Assembly: GCF_009914755.1 (NCBI RefSeq)
Contig: NC_060925.1
DNA length: 64,000 nt
Reading direction: 5' to 3' (one strand)
DNA from: the human T2T-CHM13v2.0 reference genome, Homo sapiens
Below the pieces are notes generated by a model, which saw only the letters and a program-made list of their open reading frames with translations, made no database searches and was not told the DNA's origin. The translations under genes were made by a program, and so were the position numbers. Shown here piece by piece: positions 11,140 through 30,519 of this stretch (its first letter is position 1; every line of letters begins with the position of its first letter).

Positions 11140-12050
11140 CATTTTAAAGTGATTGATTTGCCCTTTTGGCTGAGAATGCACAATTAGGAGGCTATTGCAG
11201 TGATTCAGGGGAGAGGTGCAGGCTCAGAACAAAGTAGTAGCAGTAGAAGTGGTCAGAGGTGATTGAATTTCAGCTGTATTCTTAAGATTTGTTAAGCCAG
11301 CAGGTTTCTTTATGGGTTGCATGTAGAACGTGGGAGACAAAAAGGGGAGCCAAGGATAATTTCAACATTTTGGCTTAAGAAATTGCAAATATGAAATTAT
11401 CATCAACTGAAATGGAGAAAGCTAAAAGTAGAGTAGATTATGAAGGAAGAGCAGAAGTTCAACTTTGGACATGTTGAATTTAAGATTGTTATTGGGTTTC
11501 TAATTGGAGATGTGGAGTAGATAGTTGGACATAACATTTTTAGAGGTAGTTGGTATTTATAGTTGGACATAACATTTTTAGAGGTAGTTGGTATTTAAAG
11601 TCAATAGATTAGATGAGATCATTAAGGGAGACAGAGAAAGGAAAGCATTCAAGTACTAAGCCCTGAGCATTTCAGCATTCAGAGGGAGGCTGGAGAGAAG
11701 AGTAGGAACAAGTAATGAAGACCAAAAAAGGAAGGTTAAATGAGGTAGAAGGAAAACCAAGTGTCAAGTATCCTGAAAGCCAAGGAAAGAAACATATTAA
11801 GGAGGAGAAAGTGATCAAGTTTGTCAAATACTACTTAGGTCAGGTCAGATGAAGTCTGAGAATTGACCATTATGTTTAACAACCTGTAGATCATTGACAA
11901 ACTTGACAGAAGTGGGGTTGGTAAACATCTTGGTGGCAAATGCCTGAGTGCAGTAAGTTTCAGAGAGAATGGAAAGGTAAGAATTGAAGACAGTAAGGAT
12001 ACAAAAACCTGTCTTATATGTGTTAAAGGGAAGCAAAAAATGGGATTAAG
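11140..12050 (-). mobile_element. L2 fragment
   Basis: ggaggctattgcag and tttggacatgttgaattt are L2 antisense motifs. Confidence 0.65.
11521..11596. repeat. Perfect 38-bp tandem duplication
   Basis: ATAGTTGGACATAACATTTTTAGAGGTAGTTGGTATTT x2. Confidence 0.95.
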
Positions 12051-12211
12051 AATAAAAGATTATGGAAAACAGAAGCTGAATTTATGTTTTCAAACCCACA
12101 TTTACTTATTTAGAGATATGGGAGATAAAAATCTAACATTCTTTCCATACCTCTCACTTTCTTATTTTTATTATTATTTTCACAGAGTCAAAAATTTTTT
12201 TAACTTAAAAA

Positions 12212-12371
12212 TTTTTTTTTTTTGAGACAAGGTCTCATTCTGTTCCCCACGCTGCAGTACAAAGGCACGAACATGGCTCAGTGCACCCTCGACCTCCTGG
12301 ACTCAAGCAATTCTCTAGCCTCAGCCTCCTAAAGTGCTGGGATTACAGGCATGAGCCACCACATCCAGCCC
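12212..12371 (-). mobile_element. Alu monomer (FLAM/AluJ-like)
   Basis: Poly-T plus antisense Alu monomer. Confidence 0.8.
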
Positions 12372-13604
12372 CAAATTTTTAATATCACTTTGTTTTATAA
12401 CAGAACTGAAGTCCTATATTTAAATCAATGCAATATTCATCCCCTATACTTACACTACAGCTTATCCAATATTCATTTCTTTAATTATCTTGTTGTTTTG
12501 TTTTTGTTTGCCAAGAAGGACTTGGAGTATCTTCCATTTTCTTGCATGTATGAAAGTGCCTGACTGTTGCCTTTATACTTGATTGGTAACTTTTTGGACA
12601 TAGATATTGGCTCACTCTTTTACTCAACATTTTGTAAATATTACTGCTTTTTATTCTGGCATTGAATATTGAGCTAGTGTTTTTCCTATGGCTCTTTCAT
12701 TTACTTTTTCAGGTTTGGATGTTTTGTAGTTGAACAGTTTTTTCAAGTAGTTCTGTGGCTGCCACAGGCCTTAAGTTCTTTTATATGTGAGAATATCTGC
12801 CTGTCTCCTTGGTTCTTGAAAAGTATACTTCAAGAATATTATACTTGGTAGAGTATAATACGATAGGCTTGTACTTTCTTTTCCTCAGAACTCTTCAGAT
12901 GTAGACAAAACTTCTTAACATTATTTCAAATCATCTCTGCCTTACCTTTTAATTCCAGTTGAAGCTACAGCCACCAATTCTGCATAAGCCTTAATGGTCT
13001 TCATGGCGTTATGGAATCTTACCTCAGATCTGTGTTGTGTACTTCTTGCTACCCTTCCTAGGGCTTCTGAGATACAGGTTTCCACTCAAGCAGGTACAAT
13101 CTAGACACGCAGAGGGGTTACTGTCACTTACAAACATCAGGGAAACGTAATGTTTCCACCTTTCCTCCCCTGATGTTCTAGAAGCACATTTTGTAAGACT
13201 TTTAACACCGTTCCAAAGGGATAGAGCATTTAGTTGTTTCTACCAGTGGCTAATATGATAAAAGCATGATTTTATTGGCCCTCCCTTCTTCCCTGTTTCA
13301 CTCCCTGTCTCTTACTTATTCTTTGCATTCCACTCCCAAATTACTCTCACATGAGCTACTTCCAGGTGAACTTAGCCTTAGATAGTAGGCATTGCTCCAC
13401 TGTGTCCTGGCATTGAATATTGTTGTAGGGATGTTTGAAGACAGTGGATAATCACTACCCTTTCTTTAATCCACACTTTTAAAGTTATTTGATTTTTTTC
13501 CTGTGAGTGCCTGAAGAATTCATGATTTATTCTTGAAGTTCAATAACTTAACAAGGTTATGGCTTGATTATGATGGTTTTTGTCAATTTCTCCTATAAAA
13601 CAGT

Positions 13605-14178
13605 TGAGAGGTAAGATTTAACTTGCCTGAGTTAACAGACCTGCAGGCGGCCTCCTGGAAAAGAAAGTTGGCCTGTTGCCTCTGGAAACCAGCTATAATC
13701 TATAGCCTAGGTCCTAATGCAATCCATCCTGGCAGAGAGCTGACCATGGTGAATGAGAACTTCAGCCAAGTTTACACCAAGCAGTTGTGCATAATCACGG
13801 GGTTGGATTACACCAGAAGAAAGCCAAGTGTTCTCCCAACAGATGAATGCTAAGGTAGTAGATAAGACTGAAAGCCAAGGTTCTGCTATATCATACTGCT
13901 ATTAGATCCCATATCCTAATCTCACTAAAGAAGAGTTTTGTTAAGAAGCTTAAAAGTCCCAACATCCAAAGCCCAGAGCCTCTTTCTCAGAGCTAGATAT
14001 GTGCTATGTTAGATTGTTGTATGCTGCCTGAGAATAAAATAAACACCAGAGGATCACTCATCTGCCATTGCTTCTGTCTCTGACTTTTTACCCAGAAGTA
14101 CTATTCCAGAAAGCCCAGTGTGCATGCTGCTTGGCTACTCACCCTGAATCACTTGACAACTGGTGTAGAGAGCTGGAT
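13605..14178 (+). mobile_element. Older ERVL-class LTR followed by a decayed primer-binding site
   Basis: TG...CA (13605-14158), AATAAA near 14039, then TGGTGTAGAGAGCTGGAT (13/18 to the tRNA-Ser PBS TGGCGTAGTCGGCAGGAT). Confidence 0.45.
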
Positions 14179-14844
14179 GTCAGACTAGGGGCACCTACCA
14201 TGGCCTTCTAGAAGTGAACCAAGGGACTTGGGATTTAAAAAGTGTTTCTCAGATGATCCCATCGCTTTCAAAGATTGGTATGGCAGTCATGGGGACTAGT
14301 CCACTAAATTCCTGAAGATACAGAGTGATAAAAGTGATACTGCGTAGTTAAGATCATCAAGCCTAGCATTCCATGATTGTTATTATTGGCCTTGGAAGAA
14401 TTAGCTCTAAGGAGGCAGACCGAGGGGAGCTTGACTCAGCATCTCGAATGAAATTACAATTTGAAAACTTTGGTGAATGTGAAATGATTTATATATGGTC
14501 TTATCCAAGCAGGATCAAACAAATTCCATCCTCTGACCCTCTTCCTATGACTGATAGGATCAGTTCAAGATGGCACAGGTTGTCATGTTATTAGGGTGTT
14601 ATGAGCTCCAGTTAAATGGGTGCAAAGGGAAGGAAAGACAAAGTATGTGACTTATGAGGTTAGTTCCCTCATAACAAGTGAAGAAGATAATCTGAAATAG
14701 GCTGATTGAACTAACCGAACTTCTGGGTAGACTCCCACTATAGCTCCGTCTTAGAAAGTCTATGTGATTACGGCTTCTATATAAAGGGTTAAACATGATA
14801 AAATTGATGATGGTCCCTATCTTTGTCTATGGAAAAAAATATCC

Positions 14845-14975
14845 AGTGAGTTTTGGGGGAACTCATGACCCAAGTCATAATAGGAATTTCAGGCTTCATA
14901 AAGACATCATGGTTGAAGAAGAGGTGCTCTGTTTCCAGCAAAGCCCAACAGGAAGCTAACTTTTGCTTTTTGAAA
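14845..14975 (-). mobile_element. ERVL-type pol fragment, inverted relative to env/LTR
   Basis: PFKKQKLASCWALLETEHL...MKPEIPIMTWV resembles ERVL pol PFEKQLLACYWALVETE...RPELPIMNWV. Confidence 0.7.
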
Positions 14976-15029
14976 GGAGGATTCCCCACCAGACTGGGAA
15001 GCAACAGCCTAGGCTCCAGAGTCGGACAC

Positions 15030-15335
15030 TGGACTTAAGTTGTTATCAGATGAATTTGCTCAGCTGCGTACTGTTGTGTTACAAAATCAAATGGCATTAG
15101 ATATGCTTACCTCAGCCCAAGGAGGGGTTTGCACCTTACTGCATACTGAATGTTCTGTGTATAGCCCTAACAATTCTCACAATATTACTCACAAAGCCAT
15201 GTTGGGTGTGGTTTTTATTAATTGTGCTTTTAATTCTGCTGTACTTAACCTGTATCTGTAAACTATATCAAATATCCCTTCCCCATGTATCTGTAAGGGT
15301 ATTTTCCTGCAATTGAGTATCAGATTGAGGCCAAA
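15030..15335 (+). mobile_element. ERV env transmembrane-subunit remnant
   Basis: LQNQMALDMLTSAQGGVCTLLHTEC matches the immunosuppressive (CKS-17-like) domain and the CX6CC loop, with the last Cys changed to Ser. Confidence 0.85.
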
Positions 15336-15938
15336 TGTGGAGGAAAAGTTAAACATTAAATTTGAACTCAACTGAACATGGACACAAACAATGGTCACCA
15401 AGTCCCGCAACAGGTTGTGTGAGTCCCTTGAGGCGTTCATCCAGCACTGTTTTGGAAAAATCTCTATTTCAATCTAGTCCTATATGTTAGTTATTGAAAA
15501 AAATAGACAGTCTCAAAAAACAAGCTGACCTTTTTATGTTCCTTGAACCTAGTTGTGAAGGGCCCTTGTTACTGGGCCTCATGCCAAACAACTCATTACA
15601 AAAACAGCTAGAGTCCCAGACGGTGCCAAAGCTTCATGAAACCTCTCCTCGTCTGTGCACGAACAGGTGGCCAACTCTGGAGCCCAGGCTGTTGCTTTCC
15701 AGTCTGGTGGTGAATCCTCCATAGTCTGGTGAGTGTAAATATATATATATCTTTTCCCTTCTCCCTTTCCCATTGCAATTTGATTGTTATATCAATTTGC
15801 TTATTATATCAAGTTGCTTATTATATCGTTTGCTTATTACATCTGCATTGCCATTTATGTGAGATAAAGGTTGTTTACCCTTAAAGGTATTGTGTGTGTG
15901 TCTTTTCTCCTCCCCTCACACATCTCTCACACAGATCA
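15336..15938 (+). mobile_element. ERV 3' LTR (resembles LTR66/HERVL66, by recall)
   Basis: TG...CA termini, about 600 bp, directly downstream of an env fragment. Confidence 0.8.
15629..15728 (+). other. CHIA: Probable LTR-derived non-coding first exon of CHIA
   Basis: Strong donor CTG|GTGAGT at 15728/9 inside the LTR; acceptor ttctctatttag| at 35108/9. The junction ATAGTCTG-AAGCCTTTGTG matches my recall of the CHIA mRNA 5' UTR. Start is approximate (about 30 nt after TACAAAAA). Confidence 0.7.
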
Positions 15939-15941
15939 TTT

Positions 15942-16455
15942 TATACCCAAAGGGATATAAATCATTCTACTATAAAGACACATGCACATGTATGGTTATT
16001 GCAGCACTATTTACAATAGCAAAGACATGGAACCAACTCAAATGCCCATCAATGATAGACTGGATAAAGAAAATGTGGTACATATACATCACAGAATACT
16101 ATGCAGCCATAAACAGGAATGAGATCATGTCTTTGCAGGGACATGGATGAAGCTGGAAGCTATCATCCTCAGCAAACTAACACAGAAACAGAAAACTAAA
16201 CACTGCATGTTCTCACTCATAAGATGGAGTTGGAACAATGAGAACACATGGACACCGGGAAGGGAACAAGAAACACTGGAGCCAGCTGGGGGGTTGGGAG
16301 CAAGGCGGGGAGAGCATTAGGACAAATACCTAATGCATGTGGGGATTAAAACCTAGATGACGGGTTGATAGGTGCAGCAAACCATCATGGCACACGTATA
16401 CCTATGTAACAAACCTACACATTCTGCACTTGTATCCTGGAACTTAAAGTAAAAT
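15942..16455 (+). mobile_element. L1PA 3' fragment
   Basis: ORF2 C-terminus (KDTCTCMVIAALFTIAKTWNQ) plus 3' UTR. Confidence 0.9.
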
Positions 16456-16554
16456 TTTTTTTAAAAAGGGGGGAAAAATATATAGCAAAATGCAACTGGA
16501 ATTTCCAAATGAATTAGTATTTTATTTAAACATCTATATTTTAAAAATAATTGT

Positions 16555-16785
16555 AATAATGAGAATACATAGACACAGGGAGGGGAGCAACACACACTGG
16601 GGCCTGTCGGGGGGGGTGGGGGTAGGGAAAGCATCAGGATAAAGAGCTAAAGCATGTGGGGCTTCATACCTAGGTGATGGGTTGATAGGTGCAGCAAGCC
16701 ACCATGGCACATGTTTACCTATGTAAGAAACCTGCACGTCCTGCACATGTATCACGGAACTTAAAATAAAATAGAATTAAATTAA
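16555..16785 (+). mobile_element. Second L1PA 3' UTR fragment
   Basis: G-rich tract, gggttgataggtgcagca, A-rich tail. Confidence 0.85.
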
Positions 16786-18570
16786 ATCTTAAAAATAGTA
16801 ATTGTAATAAATTTATATTTGAAACATGTAAGGTATTTAATTCACACACAATGTTTTGTGTGCAAACTCCCCTTTCCCCTATAATTATTCCTCAGCTATC
16901 CAAGGACTTGAGGTCTTCAGATTGGGAAAAATAACATTAACTAAAATTTATTAAATAACTAACATGTGCTAGGCCCAGTGCTAGGTAGGTTATCTCATTT
17001 AATTCTCACAACAACCCTATAAGACAACAACTAGTATTATCCATATGTAATACATGAGGAAATTGAGGTTCACAGGTGAAATAACTTGTCTAATGTCACA
17101 TATCTAGAAAGAAGGAGAACAAAAATTGAAATATAAGTCAGCGATTCTAGAGACCATGCTGATATTCTGTTCTGTCATATGGCAACCTTTGTGCTGGACA
17201 GGTGTGGGAGAATGCTCTCTGCAATTGACTGGCATTGGTTATTCTAACAGTCTTACCCTCTTTGTATGTGAATAAACTGGCATTCTCACTTACATTGACT
17301 GCATGGGCCAGTCTCCGTTATCTTTTTTTCCATGTTTTAAAAATGTTTTTCTTGTGGTAAAATAGACCAAAACAAATTACCAACTTAAATATTTTAAGTG
17401 TACAGTTCGGTGGTACTAAATACATTCATAATGTTCTTGAGCCATCTCTCCTTTCCATCTCCATAATTCTTTTCATCATGTAAAACTCCAGCTCTATACT
17501 CATTAACCTGTAAGTCCCCATTTCCCCCTCCCCCAGCTCCAGGAAACCACTATTCTACTTTCTGTCTCCATGATTTTGACTATTCTAAGTATCTCACATA
17601 AACAGAAAAATCATATATTATCTGTCTTTTCGGACTGGCTTTTTTCATTGAGTATAATGTCTCAAGATTCATCCATGTTGTAGCAAGTCAGAATTTCCTT
17701 TTAAAGGCTGAATAATACTTTATTGTATGTATATATAACAGTTTTGTTATCCATTCATTCACTGAAGGACACTTGAGTTGCTTGCATGTTTTAGCTATGG
17801 TGAGTAATGTTACTGTGAACATGGAAGTACAAATATTTCTTTGACACCAAGCTTTAAGTTATTTTGGATATACCTAGAAGCGGAATTGCTGGATCATATG
17901 GTAATTCTATGTATGATTTTTTTAGGAACTTCCATACTGTTTTCCATAGCAGCTGTACCGTTTTACATTCCCACCAACAGGGCACAACTGCTCCAATTTT
18001 TCCACATCCTTGTTAACACTTATTATTTTCTGTTTTTTGATAGTAGCCATCCTAGTGGATATGAGGTGATGTCTCATTGTAGATTTGATAGGCATTTCCT
18101 TAATGATTAATGGCATTAAGCATCTTTTTATGTGTTTATTGGCCATTTCAATATCTTCTTTGAAGAAATAGATATTCTAGTCCTTTGTCCATTTTGAATC
18201 AAGTTGTTTGGTTGTGTGTGTGTGTGTCATTGAATTTTAGAAGTTCTCTCTATATTCTGAATATCTCTTATCAGATAAACTCTTTGCAAATATTTTCTAC
18301 CATTCCGTGAGTTGCACTTTTATTCTGTTTGCATTGTCTTTTGATATACAAACATTTAAAATATTCATGAAGTCCAATTTGTGCATTGTATTCTTTTGTT
18401 GTCTGTGATTTAGGTGTCATATCCAACAAATCATTGGAAGTCCAATGTTATGAACTGTTTGCCCTATGTTTTCTTCTAAGAATTTTATACTTTTACATCT
18501 TACATTTAGGCCATTGATCTATTTTGAGTTAATTTTGCCTATGATGTTAGAAAATGGCCCAAAAACATCA

Positions 18571-18878
<308 letters not shown>

Positions 18879-19910
18879 AAAACATCACTGGGATTTCGAT
18901 AGGGATTGCATTGAATCTGTACATCATTTGGGTAGTATAGACATTTTAACAATATTGAGTCTTCCAACTCATGAACATGGGGCATGTTTCCATTTATTCA
19001 TATTTTCTTTATTTGAACAGCATGCTATAGTTTTCATTGTACAAGTCTTTCACTTCATTAAGTTAATTTCTAAGTATTTTATTCTTTTTGATGCTATTGT
19101 AAATGAAATTATTTTTATAATTTTTCTTTTTTTATTCTCTTTGTTAGTTTATAAAAATGCAATTGATTTTTGTGTTGACTTTGTAACCTGTTATTTTGCT
19201 GAATTCATTTTTTAGCTCTGACAAAATTTTTGGTGTGGAATCTTTAGGGTTTTTCCTATATAAGACCACATCTGCAGGGACAATTTTACTACTTCCTTCC
19301 CAAATTGGATGCCTTTTATGTCTTATTTTTGCCCAAATGTTCTGGTTAAGACTATGTTGAATAGAAGTGGCAAAAGAAGCATTCTTATCTTGTTGCTGAT
19401 CTTAGAAGAAAAGCTTTCAGTCTTTCACCATTGAGTATGATATTTGCTGTGGGTTTTTCAAACATAGCTTTTATTATATTGAGGTAGTTTGCTTCTATTT
19501 CTAGTTTGTTTTTATTATGACAGGGTATTAACTTTTAGCAAATACTTTTTCTGCATCAATTGAGATGATTATGCCATTTTTTTCTTCATTCTTTTAATGT
19601 GGTGTATTACATTCATTGGTTTTCATAAGTTAAATCATTTCTTGCATTCAATGAATAAATCCCTCGTGAACACAGTATATAATCCCTTAACATCCTGTTA
19701 AATTCAGTTTAATAGTATTTTGTTGAGGATTTTTGCATCAGTGTTTATAAGGGATTTTGGTCTGTAGTTTACCTGTATGTTTATCTGGCTTTGATATTAC
19801 AGTAATGCTGGACATATAGAATGAGTCAGAAAGTGTTTTCTCCTCTTCATTTTTTTGGAAAAGTTTGAAAAGAATTGGTGTTCATTTGTCACTAATGTTT
19901 GGTGGATTAA

Positions 19911-20138
<228 letters not shown>

Positions 20139-20291
20139 TAATTAAATCTCCTTAGTAGTTATAAGTCTATTCTAATTTTCTATCTTTTCATGATTTAGCT
20201 TTGTTAGGTTTCTTGTTTCTAGAAATTTGTTCATTTCATTTGGATTATCTAATTTATTGGCATACAATTGTTCATAAAAGCCTCATAATCC

Positions 20292-26768
<6,477 letters not shown>

Positions 26769-28118
26769 AAAAGCCTCATAATCCTTTTTATTTTTTATAG
26801 TCAGTAGTAATGTCCCCATTTTTATTTCTGATTTTAGTAATTTGAGTCTCCTCTCTTTTTTCTTAGTTTATCTAGCTAAAAGTTTGTTGAAATGTTTTAT
26901 CTTCTCAAAGAACTTTTTATTTTATTGATTTTCTCTATTGTTTTACTATTCTCTATTTCATTTATCTGAGCGCCAGTCTTTATTATTTCCTTCTTTCTGC
27001 TACCTTTGGGTTTAATTTGTGTTTCTTTTTCTAGCTCCTTAGGTGTAATTAGATTGTCAATTTGACATTTTTCTTGTTTTTCAGTGTGAATATTTAGAGT
27101 TATAAAGTTCTCACTTAGTAGTGCCTTCACAGTATCCCATAAGTTTTGCTATGTTATGTTTTTATTTTTATTCATTTCTAAGTATTTTTAAATTTCCCTT
27201 ATGACTACTTCTTTAATCTATTATTAAGAGTGTGTTGTTTAGTTTCCACAAATTGGTGGCTTCTACAGTTTCACTTCTATTATCAATTTCTAACTTCACG
27301 TCCTTTGTGGTTGGAGAAGATACTTTGCATGATCTCTATATTTTTAAATCTGTTGAGACTTAATTTGTGACCTAATATATAGTCTATACTGAAAAATGTC
27401 CCGTGTGCGCTTGGGAAGAATGTAAATGCTGTTTTTGTTAGGTAGAGTATTCTGTATATATCTCTTACATCTAGTTGGTTTATTATGTTGTTTAGGTCCT
27501 CTATTTCCTCACTTATCTTCCGTGTGGTTGTTGTATTCATTACTGAGAACGGGCTATTGAAGTTTCCAACTATCATTTATTGTCGAACTATCTATTTCTT
27601 CCTTTAATTCTGTCAGTTTTTGCTTCATATATTTTTATAGTGTGTCATTAGGTACATAAATGTTTGTAATTGTTAGATTCTTGCTGTATTAAACCTTGTA
27701 TTAATATATAATGTCCTGCTTTGTCTCTTGTACATTTTTTAATTTATAATCTATTTTGTCTGTTACTAATATAGCAACTCCTGCTCTCGTTTGGTTACTA
27801 TTTGCATGGAATACCTGTCTCCATCCTTTCTCTTTCAAACTATTTATGTCTTTAAATCTAAAATGAGTCTCTTGTAGACAGCGTATGGTTGGATCATGTG
27901 TTTTAATTGATTCTGCCAATCTCAGTATTTTGATTGAAGCATTAATATATTTATATTTAGAGTAATTACTGATAAAGAGGGAATTATTTATGTCATTTTA
28001 ATTATTTGTTTCCTATATGCCTTTTAGCTTTTTTGTCACTCATTTCTGGCATTATTGTCTTTCTTTGTGGTTAGTTGATTGTTCGTAGTGAAATGTTTAC
28101 ATTTCTTTCTCGTTTCCT

Positions 28119-28222
28119 TATACACACACACACATATACATCTATACACATGTATACACACATATACATATATACATACACACATATATATACACACACA
28201 TATGAATACACACACATATATA
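28119..28222. repeat. (TA/CA)n compound microsatellite
   Basis: tacacacacacacatatacat... low-complexity tract. Confidence 0.9.
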
Positions 28223-29639
28223 GCTATTTTCTTCCCCATTGGTTACAATGGGGATTACATTTAATATCCTAAGGTTATAACATTCTAATTTGAATTTACA
28301 CAGGTTTAACTGCAATAACTTAAAAAAACTCTGCTCTTTTACAGCCCCATTCCCTACCCCTTTCAGTTGTTGATGGCATAAAATACCATCTTTATACATT
28401 GTGTGTTCCAAAATGTAGACTAATGATTCTTTGAAATGCATTTGTCTCTTAAATTATGTGGAGAACAAAAAGTGGAGTTACAAGCCATTGTTACAATAAT
28501 ACGAGCTTTTATAATTGCCCATGTGTTTACTTTTACTGAGAACTTTGTTTATTCATATGGCAGCAAGTTGCTGTCTAGTGTCTGTTTATTTCATCCTATA
28601 GGACTCCCTTGAGTATTTCTTGCAGGACAGGTCTATTGGTAACAAACTACATCAGCTTTTGTTTATCTAGAAATGTCTCATGTTATCCCCTGTTTTGAAG
28701 GATAGTTTTGCCAGAAAAAAGATTTTTGGTTGACACTTTTTTTCTTTTAGAACTTTGAATCTATCTGCCAACTGCCTTCTGGCCTCTAAAGTTTCTGATG
28801 AGAGATCTGCTGATAATTTTATTGAAGATCCCTTGTATGTGGCCAGTTGCTTCTCTTTTGATGATTTCAAGACTCTCTTTGCCTTTGTCTTTTAAAATTT
28901 GATTATATTGTGTCTTGCGTGGATTTCTTTGAGTTCATCTTACTTGGAGTTCGCTGAGTTCTTGGATGTCTATATACATGTCTTTCATCAAATTTGGGAA
29001 GTGTTAGGCCATTATCTTTTAAAATATTCTGTCTGCTCCTTTCTTTCTCTTTTATTTTTCTTGAATTCCCACAATGTATATGTTGGTCCACTTGATGGCT
29101 TTTCACATGTCCTTTAGGCTCTCTTCAGTGTTCTTCAATTTGTTTTCTTTCTGTTCCTCAAACTTAATAATTTTCACTCTCCTATCTTCATGTTTACCAA
29201 TTCTTTCTCCTGTCAGTGCAAATCTGCCCTTGAACCTTTCTAGTAAGTTTTCCATTTCAGTTATATTACTTTTTAGCTCCAGAATTTATTTTCTGTTTTT
29301 GTCCAAATTTTTTAAAATCTTATTATTGAAATTTACATTTTGTTCATACATCATTTTCTTCATTCTCTACATCCTTTTTTTAGAGCATATTCAAGACAGT
29401 TGTTCTAAAGTCTTTGCCTAGCATATTTGCCATCAGGTCTTTTTCAGAGACATTTCTGTTGATTTATTTTTTTCGTTTGAATGAGCTATACTTTCTTGTT
29501 CCTTTGTATGCCTTGTGATTTTTGGTTAAAAACTGGACATTTGAATCTAATAATGTGGTATCTCTGAAAAGCAGATTCTCCCCTTTCCCCAGAATTTGCT
29601 GGGGGTTTTTTGTTACTGTTTTGGTTTCTTGTCTTTTTT

Positions 29640-29765
29640 GTATTTTTTATTTTTTAGAGATGTGATCTTTCTGTGTTGCTCAGGCTGGCCTCAAACTACT
29701 GAGTTCAAATCTCCTCCCAGCTCAGCCTCCACAGTAGCTGGGATTACAGGTCACTGCACTTGGCT
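29640..29765 (-). mobile_element. FLAM-like Alu monomer
   Basis: tttttagagat...caggctggcctcaaact...gctgggattacagg. Confidence 0.7.
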
Positions 29766-30519
29766 TTGGTTTGGGGTTTTGTTTTGTTGTTTTTGTTGTA
29801 AGGTATCTCTGTGCTGAGAATAAGCCTGAAATATAAACTTAAGATCTTCACAGGTCTTTTCTGAGCCTTTCCTTGGGCATATGCAGTGACTTTCTAATTC
29901 TCCCAGTATATACAGTTGTTTTTTAATGTCCTAGTGTTTGATGTCTGGCTTCCAAATGTTGGAAAGAGAAAAATAAAGGAAAGATAAGAATGGTGCCAAC
30001 CCTTTACATCGCCCAAATGTTACTTCATCCAGAGGGGAAGTAGCTTGCAACAATGGGGGGAGGTGCAAGAACAATGACTGCCTACCTCTTTGTCTGCACC
30101 TTTGTAATCAGAAGCAGCAATCAGTGATAAGAGCACAGATCTCTGATAGTTGAAGGACATAGTCCTTTTTTGCCCACCCTGGCTCCCACAAGCTCTGTAT
30201 AAGCTGCTCCTGGAACACATGCACAGCTGCCTGCCTTGGGGCTTAGTGGTGGGGGAAGAATATCTGCTACTGTGCTAAGAACTGAAATTGACTAAAATTA
30301 ACTTCAATTTACCTACGAAGCTTTCTTCTGAAGTTGCAAGCCTTTAATAGACTCTAGAGTTCCAAAGTAGTTGCATCAGAGAAATTCTGCCAGTAAAATT
30401 TTTGTCTAGGAAGGGAGACAGATTCCTGGTGCTTTCTACTTTGCCATCTTCTCAGAATTCGTTCCTCATTTTCCTTTTATGTGATTCTCCTTTAAGCTAA
30501 GCATATTGGAAAAGAAGAA

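Noticed and set aside
15040-15261. Possible syncytin-like domesticated env
   Set aside because: Only a short, internally deleted TM fragment with no SU or signal peptide and a broken CX6CC motif.
15775-15845. Short repeats TTTGCTTATTATATC x3-4
   Set aside because: Internal tandem motif of the LTR with no unique spacers; not CRISPR-like.
28036-28441. Tyr/Ile/His/Cys-rich ORFs
   Set aside because: Translations of a (TA/CA)n microsatellite.
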